From positions 141,033-205,032 of the forward strand of contig OZ243965.1 of assembly GCA_965214655.1 (NCBI GenBank): a stretch of DNA of 64,000 bases, written 5' to 3'. The position numbers were made by a program, and so were the translations under genes. The notes below the pieces were generated by a model that saw nothing but the letters and a program-made list of their open reading frames with translations, was not told the origin of the DNA and did not search any database. The DNA comes from Bryobacterales bacterium. Its GTDB lineage: Bacteria; Acidobacteriota; Terriglobia; Bryobacterales; UBA6623. Below, piece after piece: positions 8,536 through 17,252 of the stretch; the first letter of the stretch is position 1; each line of letters begins with the position of its first letter.

Positions 8536-9828
8536 ATGGCCCGCAACTTCATCGCCGCGGCGGCGTTGCTCGCGATCCTCCGGGCGGTTCCAGCGTTTGC
8601 GGCCGAACCGGCGCAGGGCCTTGCCATCCGCGAAATCCGCATACACGGCCTGCGCTACACGCGCGAGGCGCTGGTGCGCAACCAGCTCACTTCTCGAGTC
8701 GGGGAGCCCTACAGCAGGGAAGCGATCGCGCGTGACCGCGAACGGCTCGACCGGCTGGCGGTGTTCAGCAGCATCGCAATCCAGCCCGAGGCGGCCGGCG
8801 GCGCAGTCGTCATCCATATCCACGTCGCCGAAACCGCCCGCTGGATGCCCTTCCCCGCGTTTTCCGTTGTCGAGGAAAACGGCGTCTCGGCGGGTGCCGG
8901 AATGAAAACCGCCGGCATACTCGGACGCGCGATTTCCGTTTCCTTCGACGCGCGCTTCGGCGGCCAGCAGGAACTCGAGTTTCTCCTGGACTCGCCTTGG
9001 GGGCTGCGCGACAAAACATGGTTCGGCGGAGAGATTCATGCCCGCAGTAGAACGAACGAATTGGACCACTTTCCGGAAGACGCTCTGGAAGGCGAAGCGC
9101 GGGGCGGCTTCCAGTTCGGTCCCAGCTTGCGGCTGGGAGGGCGGTTTGAGTTTCTGACGGTTCGGGCGGACGGCCCCGAGGCAACGCTTTCCGACAAACG
9201 CAGCGAATCGACGCCGGGCGTCGGCTTGATCGCGGCCTACGACACGCGCGATCTCTGGTCGGACACGCACCGCGGCTGGCAGAACGTCCTGACGTTCACG
9301 CGCTACGGCGGCTTTCTCGGCGGCCCCGGCAACTTCAGCAAAACGGTGGCGGACATCCGGCGCTACCAGCCGCTGGCGAAGAAGCATACGCTGGCCGTAT
9401 TTTCGTTTTCGACGTTCCAGAGCGGCGAGGTCGGCGTCGATATTCCCATTTACCGCGATTTTCACCTGGGCGGCACGAACAGCATCCGCGGCTGGTCAGA
9501 CCTGAGCGCGCGCGTGGGCAAGAACCAACTCATCAACACGGTCGAGTACCGCTACGACCTGGTGAAACCCAAGCCGTTTCGGATATTCGGATCGAATCTC
9601 TACGCCGGGCTGAAGTTTGCGGCATTCGCAGATATCGGCGCCGCCTGGGACGAAGGCAGTCAATTCAGCAGAAATTTCATCGGCGGCGTCGGCGTCGGGT
9701 TGCGCTTGATCGTGCCCTTCATTCAGATGATCCGCATCGACCTGGCATTCGGCCAAAGCGGGCAGGGACTCGTTCCTCACTTCGGCATCCGGGAAAAGGC
9801 TTTCTACCACCCGCGCCGCGTGCGCTAG
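8536..9828 (+). CDS. Omp85/BamA-TamA family outer-membrane protein, copy 2 (paralog of 6664..7959)
   Basis: Colinear and highly similar to copy 1 in DNA and protein, including about 50 bp upstream. Confidence 0.88.
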   Translation: MARNFIAAAALLAILRAVPAFAAEPAQGLAIREIRIHGLRYTREALVRNQLTSRVGEPYSREAIARDRERLDRLAVFSSIAIQPEAAGGAVVIHIHVAETARWMPFPAFSVVEENGVSAGAGMKTAGILGRAISVSFDARFGGQQELEFLLDSPWGLRDKTWFGGEIHARSRTNELDHFPEDALEGEARGGFQFGPSLRLGGRFEFLTVRADGPEATLSDKRSESTPGVGLIAAYDTRDLWSDTHRGWQNVLTFTRYGGFLGGPGNFSKTVADIRRYQPLAKKHTLAVFSFSTFQSGEVGVDIPIYRDFHLGGTNSIRGWSDLSARVGKNQLINTVEYRYDLVKPKPFRIFGSNLYAGLKFAAFADIGAAWDEGSQFSRNFIGGVGVGLRLIVPFIQMIRIDLAFGQSGQGLVPHFGIREKAFYHPRRVR

Positions 9829-10091
9829 CAGTCCGCGGGGAAAGTAGCGTGGGCGGCGCGACGGGCTCCTGCGGTCGCTCGGCGAGGAGATGAGGAGGGA
9901 GGCGATCCGGGAGATCGTCCCCGACGAAGGACGAAGCCGACGGCCACAAATGCCCGTCGCCCAAAGGGTTACGCGCCCTGAACTGCCGGCCCGGTAGCAT
10001 ACGCCCTGTCAAGTCGCTCGATCGCCCACACGATACTGCATTGGCCCCGGGCGCGTAACGGCACCTGCGTGACTTTTGCCGCGGGCTGCTA
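9826..10091. mobile_element. ~260-bp MITE-like structured repeat, copy 1
   Basis: TIRs TAGCAGTCCGCGGGGAAAGT ... ACTTTTGCCGCGGGCTGCTA; homologous to 32917..33178 and 37721..37984; no credible ORF. Confidence 0.85.
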
Positions 10092-10104
10092 AGATCAAAG
10101 AAGT

Positions 10105-10181
10105 CGGGGCGTAGCGCAGCTTGGTAGCGCGCTTGCTTCGGGAGCAAGAGGTCCCGAGTTCAAATCTCGGCGCCCCGACCA
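10105..10181 (+). tRNA. tRNA-Pro(CGG)
   Basis: CGGGGCG-TA-GCGC-AGCTTGGTA-GCGC-G-CTTGC-TTCGGGA-GCAAG-AGGTC-CCGAG-TTCAAAT-CTCGG-CGCCCCG-A-CCA; perfect stems, C1-G72, A73, encoded CCA. Confidence 0.97.
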
Positions 10182-10201
10182 TTTCCCTGCAACAGCGGCG
10201 G

Positions 10202-11677
10202 TCAGAAATCCCGGAAGGGTCCGCGCGGCTCCGCTGCTTCCATTTCCCGCACCCAGTTGCCGTAGCGCCGGCGCACCCTGTCGAGAACATCCGGGCGCTC
10301 CGGCGAGAGATCGCGGCTCTCGCCGATATCTGCTTCGAGATCGAAAAGTCCTCCGGCGCCATCGTCCATCGCCACCCATTTCCACTTGCCGACCCGCGCG
10401 CCGATGCGGTTCTTGCGCTGCCAGAACATCTCCTGCCGCGGCGACGCGGCTTCGCCGCGAAGCGCCGGCCACCAGTCGAATCCATCGAGCGCGACGCCGG
10501 CGGGAAGCTCGGCGCCGGCCGCCGCGGCCAGACTCGGAAAGACTTCCAGACTGGTCAGGAATGCGTCGTTGACGACCCCCGCGGGCACTCCTCCGTTGGG
10601 CCAGCGGATCAGGAAGGGAACGCGAATGCCGCCCTCCCAGGTATCCCCCTTCCTGCCGCGCAGCGGGGCATTCGCCGCGCCGCCTCCGCCGCCGTTATCC
10701 GCGAAAAAAATCACCATCGTGTCATCGAGAATGCCCTTCCCTTCCAGCAGATCAAGCATTTTGCCGATGGAGGCGTCCATCGCCGTCACCGCCGCGCGGT
10801 AATCGCGCCGCCGCGCTTGCGGAGTCGCCGCCTTGGCGGGCGCCGCGTAGCGGTAGCGCTCGACAATCCGGTACTCCGGCTCGACCGGCGGGTACATCCG
10901 CTTGAATTCCTCCGGCGCCTGCACGGACGAGCGGATTTGCGGATCGAGGCTCGACGAACCGTGCGGCGCATTGAACGGAACGTAAAGGAAAAACGGCTCT
11001 TTGCCGGCATATCGTTCGAGGAACCGCAACGCCTCCCGCTCGAACAGGTACGTGCAGTAAACGCCCTCGTCTTCCTGGGTTTTTTCAAGGTTGCGGTACA
11101 TGCTCGGCACGCCGTAGCGCCGGTGCGTGTAGTAGTCGATGCCCGTGTTGACGAAGCCGTAGAAATCGTCGAAACCGCGCGCCGTCGGGAGATAGCGTCG
11201 CAACGAGCCGAGATCCCACTTGCCGTAGATGCCGCTCTTGTAACCTGCCGAGCGCAGCATTTGGGGGATGATGACTTCCCGCGTGTCCATTCCGCCGATG
11301 CGCTCGAAGGAAACCGCGTATTCTTCGGGGCGGTATTCGTAGCCGTAATCCGGCGCCTCGTTGCGGATCATGTCGTAGACGCCGTTCCGCTGCGGATAGC
11401 GGCCCGTGAGCAATGCGGCCCGGGAGGGAGTGCATGCCGGCCAGGACACGTAAAAATCCGTGAGCCTCGTTCCTTCGTTGGCAAGGCGGTCGAGCGCGGG
11501 GGTGAGAATGCCGTTGCCGAGAACGCCGAGGTCGTTGTAGCCCTGGTCGTCGGAAACGATCAGCAAAATGTCTGGCCGCGCCCCGCTGCGGGCGGGCGGC
11601 CGCAAAGCTTCGCGCGGAGCGCAAGCCCCGACAGACAAGAGCATCCCCAGAAAAGCAAACAGACGCCGCATCGTCAC
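10202..11677 (-). CDS. Sulfatase, probable lipoprotein
   Basis: PDILLIVSDDQGYND, CTPSRAALLTGRYP, GKWDLG, ADNG, WEGGIRVP; SVGAC lipobox. Confidence 0.93.
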   Translation of the reverse strand: MTMRRLFAFLGMLLSVGACAPREALRPPARSGARPDILLIVSDDQGYNDLGVLGNGILTPALDRLANEGTRLTDFYVSWPACTPSRAALLTGRYPQRNGVYDMIRNEAPDYGYEYRPEEYAVSFERIGGMDTREVIIPQMLRSAGYKSGIYGKWDLGSLRRYLPTARGFDDFYGFVNTGIDYYTHRRYGVPSMYRNLEKTQEDEGVYCTYLFEREALRFLERYAGKEPFFLYVPFNAPHGSSSLDPQIRSSVQAPEEFKRMYPPVEPEYRIVERYRYAAPAKAATPQARRRDYRAAVTAMDASIGKMLDLLEGKGILDDTMVIFFADNGGGGGAANAPLRGRKGDTWEGGIRVPFLIRWPNGGVPAGVVNDAFLTSLEVFPSLAAAAGAELPAGVALDGFDWWPALRGEAASPRQEMFWQRKNRIGARVGKWKWVAMDDGAGGLFDLEADIGESRDLSPERPDVLDRVRRRYGNWVREMEAAEPRGPFRDF

Positions 11678-11754
11678 GCGCTCGAAACCCGCCTGACGCT
11701 ATCGTACAGCCTTTCGCCGGCGCGGGCCGGATGCGGCCGGGGAATGCATCCGCT

Positions 11755-12930
11755 TTAGCCGATGGACAGGGGCATCTTCGCGAACCCGCGGAAATTCGGA
11801 GTGCGCACGCGCTCGGCCCGGCCCGTATCGACTTCCCAGCACTCGGCTCGGGACAGCAGCTCGGCAAAGAGCAGTTGCGCCATCGCCCGGCCCAGCGCGG
11901 CGCCGACACAGAAATGAATCCCCAGGCCCAGACCCAGATGGCGCTGCGCGGGACGGCGAATATCGAACTCGTCGGGACGGTCGAAACGCCGCTCGTCGCG
12001 ATTCGCCGAGCCGATATGCAGCAGGACTTGCGCTCCCGGCGGAACGATCTTCCCGTGCATCTCGACGTCGCGGGTCGGGGAGCGGACGAACCCCTGCGCC
12101 GCGGCGTCCCATCTCATGCCTTCCTCCACGAACGCCGGGATCAGCGCCGCGTTGCCGCCGACTTCCCGAAACACGGCGGGAAACCTGTCCAGCGCATGGG
12201 CGAGATTGGTGAAGAGGTTGTTGGTGGATTCGAATCCGGCGGTCAGGAAGGTCATCGTCGTCACGACGACCTGCTCCCGCGACAAGCGCTCCCCGCGTTC
12301 TTCGGCAAGCAGCATGGCGGTCATCAGATCGTCGCCCGGGTCGGCGACGCGGCGGACGGCCAATGCGCCCAGGTATTCCTGCAGGCGGCGCATGGCGACG
12401 ACCTGCCGGGACGGCCGGCCGGCTCCGGCCGGCTCCCGCAAAAAGAAATCGTCCAGCCAACGGCGCAAGCGGATGAAGTCCTCATCGGGCACGCCGAACA
12501 TCGCGCCCAGGATCGCGGCGTTGAAAGGCGCCGAGATGTCGGCGACGAACTCGACGCCGCCGCGTTCGCGGGCATTTTCGGCAAGGGTCCCGGCGAGCGC
12601 GCGAATCTTCGGCTTGAGCTTTTCGACGGTCTTCGGCGTGAACGCCTTGTCGACCAGACCGCGGGCGCGGGCATGAGCGGGGGGATCGCTGGTGCCCAGC
12701 GTTTTCCCGATGCGCTCCGGGATGTCGTTCAACAGATTGCCGCGCCGCTGCGACGACCAGGTCTTCCAATCCTTGAACGCCGCCGCGACGTCCCCGTAAC
12801 GGGTGAGCGCCCACACGTCTTCCGTATGGGAATAGTGCGCCGGGTCGTTGTCGCGCATCCACTTGTAGGTCGGATATGGGTCGTTCTCGGCAACGATCGA
12901 CAGCGGGTAGTTGAAGTCCGTGCGCTGCAT
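11755..12930 (-). CDS. Cytochrome P450
   Basis: SDPPAHARAR, AGFEST I-helix, EEGMR (ExxR), SANRDE, HLGLGLGIHFCVG heme-thiolate motif. Confidence 0.95.
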   Translation of the reverse strand: MQRTDFNYPLSIVAENDPYPTYKWMRDNDPAHYSHTEDVWALTRYGDVAAAFKDWKTWSSQRRGNLLNDIPERIGKTLGTSDPPAHARARGLVDKAFTPKTVEKLKPKIRALAGTLAENARERGGVEFVADISAPFNAAILGAMFGVPDEDFIRLRRWLDDFFLREPAGAGRPSRQVVAMRRLQEYLGALAVRRVADPGDDLMTAMLLAEERGERLSREQVVVTTMTFLTAGFESTNNLFTNLAHALDRFPAVFREVGGNAALIPAFVEEGMRWDAAAQGFVRSPTRDVEMHGKIVPPGAQVLLHIGSANRDERRFDRPDEFDIRRPAQRHLGLGLGIHFCVGAALGRAMAQLLFAELLSRAECWEVDTGRAERVRTPNFRGFAKMPLSIG

Positions 12931-12971
12931 CCGCGGGGCGCCATTCTAGCAATGTTCTATGCTCAGGGGTC

Positions 12972-14339
12972 ATGCAGCAGTTCGAGCGGATCATGGTCGC
13001 CTTCGCCGATCTCGCCTGGGGGCCGTGGCTGCTCGTTCTGCTGCTCGGCGGAGGGGCGTACTTTTTCGTTTACTCGCGTTTTCTGCCGTTCCGGCATTTC
13101 AGCCACGCGCTCGACATCCTGAGGGGCAAATACGACAACCCGGACGACCGCGGCGAGATCACCCATTTCCAGGCGCTTTCGAGCGCGCTGGCGGGAACGA
13201 TCGGGCTGGGCAACATCGGCGGGGTCGCAGTGGCGATCCATACCGGCGGCCCGGGCGCGGTTTTCTGGATGTGGGTCGGCGCCGCGCTGGGCATCGCCAC
13301 CAAGTTCTTTACCTGCACGCCGGCCGTGATGTACCGCGGGCCGGACAGCCGCGGCGAAGTGCAGGGCGGGCCGATGTATACCATAATGAACGGCCTCGGC
13401 GCCCGCTGGAAGCCTTTGGCGGTCCTGTTCTCGTTCTGCGCCCTGTTCGGACCGCTGCCGCTGTTCCAGATGAACCAGCTCGCGCAGATCGTCCGCGACG
13501 TGGCGCTGATTCCCAACGGCTGGGCGGGCGGAGCGGACGCATCGTGGCGGGTGAACTTCGCGCTCGGCGCTGCGGTGGCCGCGGTCGTTGCGACGGTTAC
13601 GATCGGGGGCATTCGGCGCATCGGCATGGTCGCCTCGCGCATCGTGCCGGTGATGGTGGTTCTGTACGTCGCGGCGGCGGGCTATATTCTGGCGGCGCAC
13701 TTCGCGGAGATTCCGTCGTACCTTGCCCTGATCGTCAGCGATGCGTTCCGCGGCGAAGCGGTCGCCGGAGGAGCAGTGGGCAGCGTCATCGTCACGGGCA
13801 TCCGCCGGTCGGCCTTTTCCAACGAGGCCGGCATCGGCACCGAGGCGCTGGCTCACGGGGCGGCGAAAACGAACGAGCCCGTGCGCGAAGGGCTGGTGGC
13901 GATGCTCGGTCCGATGATCGACACCCTGATCGTCTGCACGGCGACGGCGATGATTATCCTCAGCTCCGACGCCTGGCGCACCTCCGACGCCAACGGAGTT
14001 ACCCTCACGGCGCAGGCGTTCGACGAAACCCTGCCCGTGATCGGGCCGTACATCCTGGCCTTGTGCGTTTTGTTCTTTGCCGTGAGCACTATGTTTTCGT
14101 TCACCTACTATGGGGAGAAGGCGCTGGGTTTCCTGATCGGCGCCGAATGGAAGCACCTCTACCGGTACTTTTACATCGCGGCGATCGTCTTCGGCGCCGT
14201 GACGACGATCGACGCCGTGATCAACCTGACCGACGGCATGTATGCGCTGATGGCCATCCCCACGATGACCTCCAGCCTGCTGCTGTCTCCGAAGATCATG
14301 GCCGAGGCGCGGCGGTATTTTGCAACCCTCGAGCGATGA
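12972..14339 (+). CDS. Sodium:alanine/glycine symporter (AGCS family)
   Basis: FQALSSALAGTIGLGNIGGVA, GGPGAVFWMW, GGPMY, FSNEAGIG, IDTLIVCTATA. Confidence 0.93.
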   Translation: MQQFERIMVAFADLAWGPWLLVLLLGGGAYFFVYSRFLPFRHFSHALDILRGKYDNPDDRGEITHFQALSSALAGTIGLGNIGGVAVAIHTGGPGAVFWMWVGAALGIATKFFTCTPAVMYRGPDSRGEVQGGPMYTIMNGLGARWKPLAVLFSFCALFGPLPLFQMNQLAQIVRDVALIPNGWAGGADASWRVNFALGAAVAAVVATVTIGGIRRIGMVASRIVPVMVVLYVAAAGYILAAHFAEIPSYLALIVSDAFRGEAVAGGAVGSVIVTGIRRSAFSNEAGIGTEALAHGAAKTNEPVREGLVAMLGPMIDTLIVCTATAMIILSSDAWRTSDANGVTLTAQAFDETLPVIGPYILALCVLFFAVSTMFSFTYYGEKALGFLIGAEWKHLYRYFYIAAIVFGAVTTIDAVINLTDGMYALMAIPTMTSSLLLSPKIMAEARRYFATLER

Positions 14340-14381
14340 CCGCCGGCGCGCCCCCAGCTCCGTGACGTAACCTGTGGAAAC

Positions 14382-15215
14382 ATGCGTCCGGCTGCAAAAT
14401 CGGTTTTGTTGGCGGCGGTCTGCTGCGCGGCTGCGCCGGGCGCGCAGTTGACGGCCGCGGCGGAAGAAGATTTCAGGCGCTACATCGAAGAGGTCGAGGC
14501 CGGTTTCACCGCCCGGATCGACGGGCGCCGCCCGTTCCTGTGGGTTGACGAAAACGACGCGCGGGAAGCCGCGGTCCGCCAACAGGGGATCGTCGTCGAA
14601 CCGTCTTCGGGCAAAAAGGGCAAGAGCGTGCGCAAGGGCTTGATCCACGACTGGACGGCCGCGGCGTTCCTGCCGGACGCTACGGTAACCCGGGTCGTCG
14701 CGGTGGTGACCGACTACGACAATCACGTGGAAACCTACAAGCCGGAGGTGACGGACTCCAAGCTGCTCCAACGCGACGGCGCGGATTACCACGTGTTCTT
14801 GCGGCTCAAAAAAAAGAAGGTGCTCACCGCCGTGCTCGATACCGAGCACCGCGCCGAATACAAACCCCTCGACGATTTGCGCTGGTTCGGCATCTCGCGC
14901 AGCGTTCGCATTCAAGAGGTCCGCGGCGCGGGAAGCCCGCGGGAGTCGCTCAAGCCGGTCGGACAGGATAACGGGTTCCTCTGGAAACTGAACGTCTATT
15001 GGCGGTTCGCGCAAGTCTCCGGAGGCGCGGTCGCCGAGTGCCGCGCCGTGTCTCTGACACGTGACGTGCCCTTCGGGCTGGGCTGGGTGATTCGTCCGAT
15101 CGTGCAGTCGCTGCCGAGAGAATCGTTGGAGAACACGCTGCGCGCGACGCGGCGCGCCGTGGTCGAGCAGGAGAGCGGCGGCGCGGCGGGCGCTACCATA
15201 AAAACAGCGCAATGA
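14382..15215 (+). CDS. Secreted hypothetical protein (possibly START/SRPBCC-like fold)
   Basis: Signal peptide; GLIHDW, DYDNH..Y.PEV, GFLWKLN.YWRF, SLTRDVPFGLGW..P....LPRESL pattern. Confidence 0.7.
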   Translation: MRPAAKSVLLAAVCCAAAPGAQLTAAAEEDFRRYIEEVEAGFTARIDGRRPFLWVDENDAREAAVRQQGIVVEPSSGKKGKSVRKGLIHDWTAAAFLPDATVTRVVAVVTDYDNHVETYKPEVTDSKLLQRDGADYHVFLRLKKKKVLTAVLDTEHRAEYKPLDDLRWFGISRSVRIQEVRGAGSPRESLKPVGQDNGFLWKLNVYWRFAQVSGGAVAECRAVSLTRDVPFGLGWVIRPIVQSLPRESLENTLRATRRAVVEQESGGAAGATIKTAQ

Positions 15216-15556
15216 CTGCGACCGATTCTCCCCGCCCGGTCGAGATCGACCGGCACGGCGACCACGACGTCCGCATCCGCTGGAACACGGGCGAGCAAGC
15301 CGTCTATCCGGCCCGCTTCCTGCGCGGAGAATGCCCCTGCGCAAGCTGCGTGGACGAGTTGACCGGAAAGCGCATCGTGACCGAGAGCCTGCTGCCGATC
15401 CTGGTTTACCCCAAGTCGATCGAGCCGGTCGGGCGCTATGCGATTCAGATCTTCTGGAGCGACGGCCACTCGACGGGCATCTACACCTGGGAACGGCTTT
15501 ATGAGCTTCTCCGCAAGATTCCGCAGCCGCCGCCCAAAAAACCGACGGTTCAGTAG
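15212..15556 (+). CDS. DUF971 / GBBH-like N-terminal domain protein
   Basis: LRGECPCASC..VGRYAIQIFWSDGHSTGIYTWE.L signature; ATGA overlap with the upstream gene. Confidence 0.9.
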   Translation: MTATDSPRPVEIDRHGDHDVRIRWNTGEQAVYPARFLRGECPCASCVDELTGKRIVTESLLPILVYPKSIEPVGRYAIQIFWSDGHSTGIYTWERLYELLRKIPQPPPKKPTVQ

Positions 15557-15564
15557 CGTAGGGC

Positions 15565-15963
15565 ATGAAGAAGCCGAAATTCCGTCGCAACAACCCGAAG
15601 GTCCGCAGGGTTCAACCTCCTCCCCCAGACATCGACTTGGCGAGCGTGGCGGAATCCAGCCGCTATGTTGGAAGCCCCTACCACAAAGACACTCCGAACT
15701 TCACCGGGATATCCCCCGTTCGGAGACCGGATGCCAGCATATGCCCCCAATATCTGGCGCATCGCCACGGTCTCGTCGAGGGGTGGCTCAGGAAAGCTAT
15801 AAAAAAGGGTAACGTGGGAAAAACTTGGGAACGGGGATATCCAAACTACGTCTGGTACCGTGAAGGCAAGACCGTTTACGAAGCTCGGCAAGGGTCTCCA
15901 GGATCAGGTGAATACCACGGGTATCCGCTCGAGCCGACACAGAAGGTCCGGGGTCTTCCATGA
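15565..15963 (+). CDS. Small basic hypothetical protein, putative toxin or nuclease
   Basis: 132 aa, visibly lower GC than flanks; motifs YVGSPYHK, W..GYP..VW, YEAR..GEYHGYPL; stop overlaps the next start (ATGA). Confidence 0.7.
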   Translation: MKKPKFRRNNPKVRRVQPPPPDIDLASVAESSRYVGSPYHKDTPNFTGISPVRRPDASICPQYLAHRHGLVEGWLRKAIKKGNVGKTWERGYPNYVWYREGKTVYEARQGSPGSGEYHGYPLEPTQKVRGLP

Positions 15964-17225
15964 ATATCCGCTTTCGATTCGAGTGGGTGGATGCAGCGCC
16001 GCCGCCCGACAGCGCGGCGCAGCACACGATGGCCAAGCTGTCCATCGAGGCAGACGGCGCAACCGTCACATCCGTGCTGGACCGGCAGAGCCGAGAGTAT
16101 AGAGACCACGTCGTGGTTCCTCTTCTCCCTGTGGCGGAGTGGCTGGCCGGCAACTGGCGGCACATCCGGCACGAGGTCGCGGATACGAACGAACAAAGGC
16201 CCGGGTTCGACTCCAGGCACAATCTGGCGTTCGCCGGCAATGGGTTCGTTCTGCCGAGTCTCTCGATGATTCCTTCGACAGCACAGCGGGTCAATCTGCA
16301 GTGGAAGCGGTGGAAACCGCAACACGCGCGGGTCGAGTTCATCGACGAAGCGGAAATGCATGTTGACCGCGCGCAGTTGGAGCAGGAATTGCGCACCCTC
16401 ATCGAATCCGTGCTCGAAAGACTGCGCACTCTGGGCGATGGAGGCATGGCAGCGGAATCCCTTGCAAACACGTGGCGGGAGATCGAGTCCCTCGATGCGG
16501 ATGAAGAGGAGTTCTGCCGCGCCGCCGCCTTGCTGGGGATCGACCCCTTCGACGTTGCGGACTCCACAGCCGACGCCATCGCGGAGTTCTGGGAAAACAC
16601 CGCGCCTTCCATACGAGAAGAAGCGCTGGCATGCGCCGGCGAAGATTCCCTGCCGCGCGTACGCGAGTGGCTCGACGACTCTCTTGCAACTCTCGAGAAA
16701 ACCGCAAACGAAACCGATTGGGACGATATCCGCCGCGCGATGCCGCCGCCTTCGGCCGCTCCGCCGTGGGAGCGCGGGTACGCCTTGGCGAACGCAGTCC
16801 GGAAGCATATGGAGATCGGCGGCGGTCCGTTCCATTTCGAATCGCGCAAACTGCCGGCCATTCCTCACCGCGAAGCAGAGCCGCCTGCCAGACGGCTTCA
16901 GGGACTTGTAGCCGCAAACGCTCCTGCCTGCGTCACGGCCCCGAAGAACGAACCCGGCAAACGTTTCTTGCTGGCGCGCGCGCTCGGCGACTATATGGGC
17001 CGCTCTCAGCCCGGCGCCGGAATCCTCAGTTCCCTGATAACGGACCGCCAGGCGCAGTCCAGGGCGTTCGCCGCGGAGTTTCTGGCGCCGGCCGAGTCGC
17101 TGCGCGCAAGGCTGGACGGAGCTTTCCTCAGCGAGGAAAAGATCGACGATCTTGGCTATGAGTTCTACGTTTCCAGCCAAGTAATTGGCTACCAGATCGA
17201 GAACCACGGACTGGCGGCGCGGTAG
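15960..17225 (+). CDS. ImmA/IrrE (M78)-like protein lacking HExxH, with a large unknown N-terminal region
   Basis: C-terminal KRFLLARALGDY (position of RFTLAHELGH) and QSRAFAAEFLAP (position of EANxFAAELLMP), followed by an HTH-like tail. Confidence 0.7.
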   Translation: MNIRFRFEWVDAAPPPDSAAQHTMAKLSIEADGATVTSVLDRQSREYRDHVVVPLLPVAEWLAGNWRHIRHEVADTNEQRPGFDSRHNLAFAGNGFVLPSLSMIPSTAQRVNLQWKRWKPQHARVEFIDEAEMHVDRAQLEQELRTLIESVLERLRTLGDGGMAAESLANTWREIESLDADEEEFCRAAALLGIDPFDVADSTADAIAEFWENTAPSIREEALACAGEDSLPRVREWLDDSLATLEKTANETDWDDIRRAMPPPSAAPPWERGYALANAVRKHMEIGGGPFHFESRKLPAIPHREAEPPARRLQGLVAANAPACVTAPKNEPGKRFLLARALGDYMGRSQPGAGILSSLITDRQAQSRAFAAEFLAPAESLRARLDGAFLSEEKIDDLGYEFYVSSQVIGYQIENHGLAAR

Positions 17226-17252
17226 AAACGCCGTAAAGACCGAGCGGCCGAT

